Source: Trichomonas gallinae (taxonomy: Eukaryota). From it: DNA of 38,392 nucleotides. The stretch lies in contig MRSU01003228.1 in the NCBI GenBank assembly GCA_008369845.1, forward strand, positions 1 through 38,392, given 5' to 3'. A model generated the notes under the pieces. It was not told the origin of the DNA, did not search any database, and was given only the letters and a program-made list of their open reading frames with translations. Shown piece after piece: positions 10,825-20,455 of the stretch (positions are counted from its first letter, which is position 1; every line of letters starts with the position of its first letter). Position numbers and translations under genes: made by a program.

Positions 10825-11311
10825 TATATCAATGTCATTTAAAATAATAAATTCATGTTTTGAATATATATTAAAATTATTCTTATAAAGAAATCTTTAT
10901 ATTTTTCATTGTTAAAAGGCCAAATCTACTAAATGTATACCTTTAGTACTTTTTTTTTTCAAAATCTGTGTTTTCATATAATATTGGATGGAATTGTTTA
11001 AATTAATCAATATTATCATAGTTTGCACTATTTACAAGTTTCAATTCGAGCATATTAGATGTTTGAGATGAAAATATATTTTAATAACATTTTGACGCTA
11101 AATATTTTATAGATATGATGAAATTATCATATTTTACATTGATTGAAGCTATGAAATCAATATTTATTTATTTTTCAAAATCAAATCTGTTTTTGAATCA
11201 TGACTCAATCATGAATATTTATTATTGTTCATAATTAATGAGATTATTTAAGAATTATAATTGATTTCCTATTAAATGAAAAATATATAATTCCAAATAA
11301 CAACAAACATT

Positions 11312-12430
11312 TTATTTGTAAGAAATATGCCAGACTTCGATGTTAAGTATCATGAAATCTACAGTTGGAGCGAGTGGTGGATTGTTAAATGCGTCGCATT
11401 TTTCGGAAAATCCGCGAAGCATTCTGTCATCAATGTAAATTGCAGCACTTCCACCACCTCCAATGGACAAGCATGTTTTATCTACATTTATGAAGTATTT
11501 TACTGTCTTTGACCATTTATACAGCATAAATGCAGGATAGAATGAGAAAACGAAGGTTTCACCGTTTGAGTAGTAGCTCTTCTTCTTGTCGAAGCCTGAA
11601 GCAGAATAGCAACCAATAACCGCCTTTGAATCCAATTTAATTAAAACAATGCATGATTCTTTTCCATTTGTCTTGGCGAGGAATTCATTGTATGAGCTTC
11701 CATCCGTAGAAAGTCTGTAAATCAGATGCCAATCGTAAATTCTTAAACGTTTTGGAAGCTGTCCTTTCAGCTGCGACATTTGGTTTGGTAAGAGAATCTC
11801 GCTGGGATCAGCCATTCCTTCGAATTCCAAAGAGAAGTCGGAAACTTTTTTCTCTTTTACCGGTTCTGGCTTAATATAATTTGACATCAAGGGTCTCGTG
11901 AAGTTTGCACGTTTCTGGATGGCCGCTGCTTTCTGTTCAAGAACGATTTTATAGTCTTGCAATTCTTGGTGAAGACCTGCGAACTGCATCAACTCAATGG
12001 ACGAAGGGTCACTAGGGTGAGAAAGATAATTTACGCAAAGGAGGGCGAGGAAATCATCGGGAAGAAGTTCGTCGACGTCATCATAAAAATCAATGGGATG
12101 TGGCGTGATTGTGGCATCGATAAAGCCCATCAAATCGATAGTTATTGGTTTTGAGTGCCTTTTCCTTGGTTTAAAACGAATGACAGTATCATCCAATAAT
12201 AAATCACCATCAATAGGCGGCACCTTTGAGAATATCTGGGAATCAATTGGGTGGAGGTTCGGGATACGACGGCTGCGCTTGCAATTGATGACGATTCCAG
12301 GTTTCGCCTTGCGAACTTTAGGGTTCTGCTCTTTCAGATGCAGCAATGATATGTCGAGCTTGGCGGCAATGGTGGCGAGAGTGTCGCCTTCTTGAATCGT
12401 ATAAGTTTCCGGTGCAATTTGAACACTCAT
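11312..12430 (-). CDS. LysM-(GRAM-like)-TLDc protein, OXR1/NCOA7-like
   Basis: N-terminal LysM (YTIQEGDTLATIAAKLDISLLHLKEQN). C-terminal TLDc (WHLIYRLSTDGSS, NGETFVFSF, LSIGGGG, CDAFNNPPL, IEVW). First ATG at 12430. Confidence 0.88.
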   Translation of the reverse strand: MSVQIAPETYTIQEGDTLATIAAKLDISLLHLKEQNPKVRKAKPGIVINCKRSRRIPNLHPIDSQIFSKVPPIDGDLLLDDTVIRFKPRKRHSKPITIDLMGFIDATITPHPIDFYDDVDELLPDDFLALLCVNYLSHPSDPSSIELMQFAGLHQELQDYKIVLEQKAAAIQKRANFTRPLMSNYIKPEPVKEKKVSDFSLEFEGMADPSEILLPNQMSQLKGQLPKRLRIYDWHLIYRLSTDGSSYNEFLAKTNGKESCIVLIKLDSKAVIGCYSASGFDKKKSYYSNGETFVFSFYPAFMLYKWSKTVKYFINVDKTCLSIGGGGSAAIYIDDRMLRGFSEKCDAFNNPPLAPTVDFMILNIEVWHISYK

Positions 12431-12651
12431 CTTCAAAATTTATGATAAACGATTCTCAATTTTTAATATTTGACATGAAATTGAGTTTCGAAATAAAATC
12501 TTTTCTCAAATTTCTAACGATAGATATTTTACATGTCAAATATTTGATCTCACATGTTTATGTGTCATATTTCACATCAATATGGCAAATAATGAGTTGA
12601 CTAATATTGATGAAACACCAGTTATACAAAATTTTAAAAATTGTTTGTAAG

Positions 12652-12727
12652 TAGGGTTGCAACTTTGGAAGATTGGTTTTTAGGCGTTTTTGCATTTTCC
12701 TAAGGTTCTTCCAACGTGACATCCTTA
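12652..12727. mobile_element. ~76-bp MITE-like element, copy 2 (inverted relative to copy 1)
   Basis: Its reverse complement matches 2102-2164 at 61/63 nt. The ends TAGGGTTGCAACTTTGGAAGA and (rc) TAAGGATGTCACGTTGGAAGA form a 16/21 imperfect TIR. No TSD visible. Confidence 0.65.
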
Positions 12728-13004
12728 TCTGGATGGAAATAAATTTTTTTGGAAGATTTTCTGAAAAAAGGAAGGAGGAAAGGAAAGAAGAAAAGAGTTC
12801 ATGACTTCCTACATCATTACCACTAAGCAATATTCCCTACACATAAATTTGCCATTATATTAGCATTACATATCAAATATTTCGTTTTACACGACATATT
12901 CATCACTTTTGACAGTTTACATGTCGAATTATCCAGAGCTGTTTTTGACACTTTACAATGTCAGAATTTCTAAAAAAGTGAAGTACCCCCATAGAAAATA
13001 TTTT

Positions 13005-14219
13005 ATGCGGTAAATATCAGAAGTTGACTTTACTCATTGGCAATCTTGTAAAGAAGGACTCAATCCTGAACTTAAATGCACCGAGTACAAAGGTGAACGT
13101 GTAGTCGGATTTTATGTAGATCCTGATGAAGATGATCTTTTACCAATTTATTTATATGATGATTTTCATGCGTATTCCGATCATGAGTATAGTGGAGTAT
13201 TGGATTTAACGCTTTATGGTGACGATATTAAACGTTTAGGAGTTTTATGTTTTGGCGATTCTAAAATCAAAGAACTAATTTTACCAAACACAATAACATG
13301 TATTGGATCATGTGCATTTTATAATTCAACAATCGAAAAAATAACATTTGGCCCAAACATTACAAAAATTGATTATGGCGCTTTTTCTAGTACATATAAA
13401 TTAAAAGTATTAGATTTACGAAAGACTAAAATTAAAAATATACTAGAACAGCCTAATACATATGATGTTTCTCATTCATATTATTTTAACAGTGGCGTTG
13501 AAGAGATATACTATCCAGATGGATTCGAAATCGATGAATTAGCTTTCAAATTTGCTAATTTGAAAAAGATGACTTATCAAAAGAATGTTATATATAAGCA
13601 GTATCACTTTTCTAGTAACAGGCTCGAAAGCTTATCTTCAGAGAATGATAATGTTACTATAATTAAAGGTTCCGCATTCTTACTTGACGAAAATCGACGG
13701 CCATCAATTTTGATTAAGACGACTCCAAACGCTAGTTTTAATTTTACCCACAAAATAACAAAAATCTTACCTGGAGCATTTCAAAATATTCATGATGCGC
13801 CATGTGCAATCTTTCTATATGGCATTGATGGAATCAATCAAAAAGAATTTGGTTGGAGTTTTCGGAAATATGTCATACCTCATGTGCCACCATCTGGTTT
13901 TGATATTCTATGTCAAGATTTAATAATCACAGATAGTGCAAAATCAATATCAAATGATGTTGAAATCATGGGAGTTTGGGATGTATATTATTGCGGTACA
14001 ACATTATTCAATGCAACAACCGATGGATCTGTATTTGCAACATATAACTATAAACATGAGTATTTAATGAAAAAAACAAATAGAGAAATCCATCGATTCA
14101 TCGATTCATCAAAATGCCCCTTTCATCTTCCTAAGCATATTGATGAAACCATCAATGTACATAACCATTTATTTGATCTTATTGAAGCAGTTAATTTGCT
14201 TGTTACTTTTATAATCTAG
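13005..14219 (+). pseudogene. BspA-like LRR gene with disrupted 5' end (ATG-CGG-TAA, then open frame 13014-14219)
   Basis: TpLRR repeats (IKELILPNTITCIGSCAFYNS, ITKIDYGAFS) and a hydrophobic C-terminus. The frame is open 62 codons upstream of the track's TTG start. The in-frame ATG at 13005 is followed by TAA at 13011, and there is no other ATG until deep in the ORF. Confidence 0.6.
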
Positions 14220-14452
14220 TCAAGGAATTTTCAAACTGCAAAATTAATCTCTTGTAAATTAATGTGTAAAAATGAAGAATCATCTTTATTTGCAATAAAA
14301 CAAAAATGTCATGACATCTAATAAATAAAGTATATAGATGTATTGATCTATACACAGTATGAAAATGATGTTAATTGGTAAGAGTAATGAAATTAAATCA
14401 AAAATTTGAAAGTTGGTCGAATTTTTTCAAAGAAAGTCACTTTTCATTTTTG

Positions 14453-14959
14453 ATGAACCCATTCAACGTTCACAACAAAAATCATTTCTCGTACATTGAA
14501 GATAAGAACCTCATCAATGTAGTAGAGCATCTTGGGACAAGCGATTGGCAGAAAGTTGCTAAAATGATGCCAGGAAGAAACTCGAGACAATGCAAGGATA
14601 GATGGGAAAAGTTTCTGTCTCCATCGATAAACAGAGGGCCCTACACGCAAGAAGAAGATGAGATGCTTCTCCAGCAGTATGATGTGTATGGTTCTCAGTG
14701 GGTAAAGATTGCTTCGCACTTAAAAGGAAGGAGCGATGCGTCCGTGAAAGCAAGATATAAACTCATCATGCGCCACAGGACTTCGAAGAGCCAAAAGTTC
14801 ATGCAGGATGATTTCAGTGCATGCGATGTTAGTGACTTTGGTCAGGCAGAAGAGCCACTTGATGTTTTCGGTGATGATAAACCAGATTGTAGCCTTCAAG
14901 ATCACCAATCTCTTTCAGATGATCCTGATGCCTATTTTGAGTCATTTGAAGAATTTTAA
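14453..14959 (+). CDS. R2R3 Myb-like DNA-binding protein
   Basis: HFSYIEDKNL..W..VA..MPGRNSRQCKDRWEKFL and PYTQEEDEML..YGSQW..IA..LKGRSD, with an acidic tail. Start placed at ATG 14453, downstream of Inr-like TCACTTT/TCATTT (14437-14449). Confidence 0.92.
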   Translation: MNPFNVHNKNHFSYIEDKNLINVVEHLGTSDWQKVAKMMPGRNSRQCKDRWEKFLSPSINRGPYTQEEDEMLLQQYDVYGSQWVKIASHLKGRSDASVKARYKLIMRHRTSKSQKFMQDDFSACDVSDFGQAEEPLDVFGDDKPDCSLQDHQSLSDDPDAYFESFEEF

Positions 14960-15259
14960 GCTTTTGAAAAGATTTAATCTAAAAAATTAATTCCAAATTC
15001 GGATTGAAAATCATCAAAAGTCTAATCATATTTATTATTTGTTGTTTTTATGTGTTTTTTATTAAAAAATTAAATAAAATTTTATTCACCAAAAAATTTA
15101 GGTTGGAAATTTTGATCGCAATTCAATTTTTCAATTAACATGAAAACAAAATAGAAATGATAATATGCTTATTTTATATTCGATTATAGAAAAATTGTAT
15201 TTCATGATTTTTCGTAAGAGTTGTATTTTTTAAAAAAAAATTGCAGAAATAAAATATTC

Positions 15260-15475
15260 TTATTCCAACCGTTTGGTGGTTATTCAAAATGCTTCTTAAA
15301 TTCCAAATGAAAACTGATTCCAAATTTTGTATACTTTATTCCTAATTCCAAATTATTGGTAATTCCAAATAATTTTCATATACATATATTGTTATTTTTT
15401 GGGCGAATTCGTCATTATTGCTAATTCGACCTAATTCCGAAATTTAGCATTATTCCAAATTCACTTTATTCGAAT
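15260..15475. repeat. Degenerate array of about 10 short ATTCC(A/G)AA / ATTCG units
   Basis: ATTCCAA(A) near 15262, 15300, 15317, 15344, 15362 and 15452; ATTCCGAAA at 15434; ATTCG variants at 15407, 15424 and 15468. All are on one strand. Confidence 0.5.
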
Positions 15476-15777
15476 ATAGTCATGGTGATTCTAACAAAAA
15501 AAGGTGATGACTATAAACCCCTTTGAGGTAATTATGAGATAAATAAACTGGATGATTGAACATTCATGATAACACAAAATTTTTGTGATGATTTTTAAAT
15601 GTCAAAAATATTCGGAATAGAATTTCGAATTTAGGACAGATATATATTTTATATGTTGGAAGCATTTATAATAATTATGAAACTTTCTCCCATGTCTAAT
15701 GGTCTACAGATTTTGATCCCACAGATTTTTTTTTTTTTTTTCTTTGGTTTGCTTGCTTGGTTATAATGAATTTAATT

Positions 15778-17154
15778 TCATGGTTCAATGCTAGCACCTA
15801 ATTCAATCAATTTTGAGATCGACTCGGTGTGATTGTTAGCAGTAGCAAGCAATAATGCAGTTATTCCATCATCAGTTTTGGCGTCTTTGTTAGCCCCTAA
15901 TTCTATTAATTTTGCAACCGATTCAACATTATTATTAGCAGCTGCAACGATTAAAGCCGTGAATCCATTTGAATCTTTTGCCTCAGTATTTGCATGCAGT
16001 TCAATTAATTTGGAAATTGACTCAACATTGTTGTTAGCAGCCGCTATAATTAATGCAGTAAATCCATTATTATCTTTTGCCTCTGTATCTGCTCCGAATT
16101 CAATTAACTTAGATATTGAATCAACATTGTTTTTAGCAGCAGCAATTATCAAAGAAGTTGATCCATCATCAGTTTTTGTTTCAATATCTGCACCATGTTC
16201 AATCAGTTTTGTAATTGATTCAATATTATTGTTAGCAGCGGAAACAAGCAAGGCAAGATTTGCATCATAACCTTGGGATTGATTTAAATCATAACATGTG
16301 GCTTCAACAATTTCTGTGATGCCGAAGAAACACCAAAATAAAAAGGCTAATTCTTTCTGATTTGTAATTGATGCGAGCATAAGAAATGCTTTGAGATTCA
16401 ATGCATCTGCTGCACTTTCTAAAGTCCATAATTGTTTGTAATCATCATGAAGTGCTATTAAATAATCTTGATCGTTTATTTGGATGCATATGTTCATTAT
16501 ATTTATTTGCTTCAATATTTCTCCAAAATCAGCTAAACATTCCATCATTATATCTTTATTTTTGCCGATAAAACTATATGCTAAGCAATTTTGCGTTATT
16601 TCAGCATCATTCATTCGGAGAAACCTAAAACATCTCAAAGCTCCATAATAACTGCACCATTCTAAGAGAGTTTTATCTTCGATTTTTTGCTTGAGAGTTT
16701 TGTCATCGAAAAGTCCCATTTCTATAGCAAATTCACTGATATCATCATGAAATATGCAGTAAAGTAATGTAAATGGTTGATAAACGTTCAATATTTCATC
16801 AATTTCTTGATAATTTTTCAAATTATCTGGGATTTGAGCATCATTAAGTCTGACTTGATATTCTTTCGAAAATAAAACAGCAATGTGTGGTTTTAATTTG
16901 TGAACTGGAGGTTTTACTTTGAAATAATTATACAAATTTTTGAACAATTTCCAATACTCACGAAGAAGCAGTAAATTACATTCAGCAGCATTTGCAATGA
17001 TAATTAATACAGCAGCAATATCCCACTTTCGTTGTGGACAAAAATTGATCAAATCTTCTGTTAATTCTTGCACATCATCTGTTTTGAGGTCATATATACG
17101 GTCAATGAAACCTGTGTAATCACTGCATATAGCAACCAAAACTTCTGCAGTCAT
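15778..17154 (-). CDS. Ankyrin repeat protein with DUF3447-type domain (expanded trichomonad family)
   Basis: LLEWCSYYGALRCFRFL / CLAYSFIGKNKDI (DUF3447-like), followed by about 5 near-identical 33-aa ankyrin repeats (TALIIAAANNNVESISKLIE.GA.TEAKD). Confidence 0.92.
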   Translation of the reverse strand: MTAEVLVAICSDYTGFIDRIYDLKTDDVQELTEDLINFCPQRKWDIAAVLIIIANAAECNLLLLREYWKLFKNLYNYFKVKPPVHKLKPHIAVLFSKEYQVRLNDAQIPDNLKNYQEIDEILNVYQPFTLLYCIFHDDISEFAIEMGLFDDKTLKQKIEDKTLLEWCSYYGALRCFRFLRMNDAEITQNCLAYSFIGKNKDIMMECLADFGEILKQINIMNICIQINDQDYLIALHDDYKQLWTLESAADALNLKAFLMLASITNQKELAFLFWCFFGITEIVEATCYDLNQSQGYDANLALLVSAANNNIESITKLIEHGADIETKTDDGSTSLIIAAAKNNVDSISKLIEFGADTEAKDNNGFTALIIAAANNNVESISKLIELHANTEAKDSNGFTALIVAAANNNVESVAKLIELGANKDAKTDDGITALLLATANNHTESISKLIELGASIEP

Positions 17155-17667
17155 TTCATGGATGTCAATTTAATTTTTTGACATCCTTTATGATTACATG
17201 ACAAAAATACATTTTATACAGCAAAAAAAAAATATAGACTGTTTTTCGGTTTTAATTATTATATAAACTAGATAGGCAATAAAAGCACATCAACAAATGT
17301 TTTGACATAGGAAATTTTTCAAAAATTATATGAAATGCAACAATTGTAAGACTATAATCCTATTGAATTGTACTATTGGATGAGAAATACTGTATAGATA
17401 GTCAATGATTCTCATTAATAAATTGTAATATTTGAAATCTTTTAAAATCTAACTATATACATAAGAAATAGAATATACAGATGCTATATGTACATATATG
17501 CAAATTCGGAAGATATTCTGGAAATTTCCCAAACTCCATTTTCCCAATCTTCCATTTTTTTGACAAATAAAATATTTACTAGGCAAAAAGAGTGCCAAAC
17601 AAAATTGAAAATCGTTACTTTTCTTCCCAATATTTACATGTCATATTGTCATATAATAATTATAATT

Positions 17668-17690
17668 ATCTTCCAAAGTTGCATCCCTAC
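17668..17690. mobile_element. Terminal fragment of the same MITE-like family
   Basis: ATCTTCCAAAGTTGCATCCCTAC matches the reverse complement of 12651-12673 at 22/23 nt. Confidence 0.55.
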
Positions 17691-17780
17691 TATATGTGAT
17701 AAATATATGTATATAAAATTCACGAAATCATAAAATTTCAGTTTATAAATGGCCGGCCAATAAGAAAAACATTTTTAACG

Positions 17781-18119
17781 ATGTCCAACATCTTGAATCT
17801 TCTTGGTGACTACGAGACCCTCACATTCTACGGAAAGAAGTTCCAGAGGCTCATGGTCGTTGACTTTTTCGCTACATGGTGCGGCCCTTGCAAAGCTTTA
17901 GGCGAGAATATGCCAGCAATCGCAAAACAATTTCCAAACGTTCTTTTCGTTAAGGTCGATATTGACCAGAACCGCGAGTTAGCTCAGCACTTCTCAGTTC
18001 AATCAGTTCCACACGTTAAATTCCTCAAGTACCAGAATGACCAATTAGTTGATCTTGGCACAGTTCAGGGCTTCGATGTTGCAGGAATCAGAAATAAGAT
18101 TACAGAATTAACAAAATAA
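17781..18119 (+). CDS. trx: Thioredoxin (second paralogue)
   Basis: MVVDFFATWCGPCK, FVKVDIDQN and VQSVP; 112 aa. Confidence 0.96.
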   Translation: MSNILNLLGDYETLTFYGKKFQRLMVVDFFATWCGPCKALGENMPAIAKQFPNVLFVKVDIDQNRELAQHFSVQSVPHVKFLKYQNDQLVDLGTVQGFDVAGIRNKITELTK

Positions 18120-18772
18120 GAAAAAATATTTTCCTTATTTCAACAAATATTACTGAGTAAATAAAATTGTAATGCATTTCAAGTCCATTTCACATACTAC
18201 TATGACCTCTTATTTTTTTTTTTCTATGAATTTCTAAATAATTGAATTTTGTTAATGCGCCAATGCATATCTCGTCATACTGATTATAGATTCAACAGTA
18301 ATTTCTCGCTAACTCAAAGCAATTTTTTTTTTTTTTGATAATCTCTAAAATACTCTTTTTATATTTGTAAAAATAAAATTTTGCCATACAAAATATGATT
18401 TCGGAGATTATTTATTTACAAAAGTCTTTTATTTTAATTATACTTCTAAAATATATCTTAAATTTCCAATAATAATCTATCTTCAGAAATTTTACAAATT
18501 TTACATTATTGTTGCTTGTTATCCATCCCATACCATCAAATGATTCTATAGAATGCTTCCATTACGTTATTATGATCATAAACACTCCTCTGATAATGTT
18601 GCCAGATTTCATTCGCTCATTGATTAAAAATGTGGTAATATTATTCCTACTTATATATTGATTACTATTATACATTTTATTTTATTATTAGTTTTTAAAT
18701 CTATAAAATATATATTTCATATAGTATAGAATTTCAAAATTACATTTATTTAAAATCAATTACATTGAAATA

Positions 18773-18780
18773 AAAGTGAC
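18773..18780 (+). promoter_or_regulatory. M2 motif AAAGTGAC upstream of the C2 gene
   Basis: Exact match 23 nt before ATG 18803. The same motif lies in sense orientation at 28066-28073 (minus strand), just before the 7TM gene. Confidence 0.5.
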
Positions 18781-18802
18781 AACAAAATCAAAATTCAATA
18801 TT

Positions 18803-19552
18803 ATGCTGTATTTTCGCATTATTAAGTGCTCGCGATTGCCGGACGTTAAGAAAGATGGAAAATTAGATACACATGTTGTTGTAGAAACATGCAAAAACCA
18901 TAGTAAGCCACAGATTGCAGGCAAAACAGCGGTCACATCAAATACTTTGAATCCGGAATATCTTTATCAAGTCTTCAATGTACCAGAAAATGAAGATACA
19001 GTACGTTTTGCTGTTTATAGTGGCGATGAAGAGATTTGCTGGTTGAAAGTTAAAGTTGATTCATTAAAAGCAAAACATGGCATCTTAGTCGACAGAGAGA
19101 TGCTTGTCCATAATCCACAGCTTTATCCAAACTGCCAGCCATTAGTTACATTCGTTGTATCTGAGGATCGTCACCACATGGAGTTAGACTTCCAAAGCAT
19201 CTTCGACAAGTTAAGTGCAGCTTTACAAGCCAACGAATCGTCTGAGATTGTTACCGAAAGAAGCATCGATTTATCAACAATCGTTGATCTACCTTTGGAA
19301 GAAAGCAAAATATCAAAAGAGACAGTAACACATGTCAGAGTCACAAAAGAAATAGCAACAGAAGTCAAACAACAAGAAATTGTTCATAAATCTGTTGAAA
19401 CGAATGTTTCTCAGCGTAAAGTTGTCTCAAATTCCGTTGAGGTTCAAGTTACTGAAAATAAGCCAGAGCAGGACAACAATTCGAATTGTATGATATATTT
19501 GGTATTATTAGTTATTTTATTAATTATGTTGTTATTCTTCAGGCGCAAATAA
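18803..19552 (+). CDS. C2-domain protein with C-terminal transmembrane tail anchor
   Basis: YFRIIKCSRLPDVKKDGKLDTHVVV..KTAVTSNTLNPEY..VRFAVY resembles C2. The protein ends MIYLVLLVILLIMLLFFRRK*. First ATG at 18803. Confidence 0.8.
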   Translation: MLYFRIIKCSRLPDVKKDGKLDTHVVVETCKNHSKPQIAGKTAVTSNTLNPEYLYQVFNVPENEDTVRFAVYSGDEEICWLKVKVDSLKAKHGILVDREMLVHNPQLYPNCQPLVTFVVSEDRHHMELDFQSIFDKLSAALQANESSEIVTERSIDLSTIVDLPLEESKISKETVTHVRVTKEIATEVKQQEIVHKSVETNVSQRKVVSNSVEVQVTENKPEQDNNSNCMIYLVLLVILLIMLLFFRRK

Positions 19553-20455
19553 GGTATTAATTTCATACAATCACAAATTATTCACCAATTTTGTATAATT
19601 TTAATTTTTCAGAATAAATCCTAGTAGTTTTAACAATTACATCCCAGAGATGAATATATATATGAGTAATGCATGCAGTAGATAACTTATGATGAGTTTT
19701 TATTTGAGTTTTCTTTTCAATGAAAAATCGTGTCGTTTCGATTGTATTTCATTTTATTATAAGAACAGAGAACAATATTTTAAAATGGGAAAGAAAATTA
19801 AAAACTTAGCAGATTTGAACTTCAATTTGATTTGTATTGTTCCAATTTGTTTTAATAGTATTCCAGTATATTGCACAAGCAAACAAATATTTAAATCATT
19901 AACATCAAATATTCAAAACTCAAAATTGCAGCCAAATTTCCCATTGAAAGTTAGAAACTCCAAACACTGACGTATCTATGTAAGTACCTACATATATACA
20001 AAAGAAGATATAAATGGCCTTTTGGTTGAAAAAATAGATAAGAATTCAAAATTTTCTGAGCGTAAACTATTCAAACCTAAGCATTTTTTTACTTTACTTT
20101 CCATTCATGCACGTATATCATGTATATATCAGTATTTATTACTCATTATACATAATTAATTGCTTAAGAATTTTTCTGAACTTTCACAGAAAAAATTGAA
20201 TAGTGATATTTATTAACGAATAATTATCTTTCAATTTCTATATTCAATTTTTCACCACAAACAAAGAAAACTTCGCATAAATATTGAACAATTTAGGTCA
20301 TAAGCTCATTTAAAGCACAAACTTTTTTCTAATGACTTTTTGATAATAATGATATGAAAAATATCACGCATTATCCATAGTATTTACGAGATATGAGCAA
20401 AAAATATTTAATTATTTTTTCAATTACTGTAGCTAAATTAAGTTATATTTTGCTG

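Noticed and set aside
15790..16270. 99-nt periodic repeats as a CRISPR-like array
   Set aside because: These are coding ankyrin repeats, with no repeat-spacer structure.
18420..18630. Weakly protein-like minus-strand stretch
   Set aside because: No recognisable motif; indistinguishable from spacer without a search.
17488..19970. Intergenic ORFs 17488..17733 and 19689..19970
   Set aside because: AT-rich I/F/K/N-biased translations typical of non-coding DNA.
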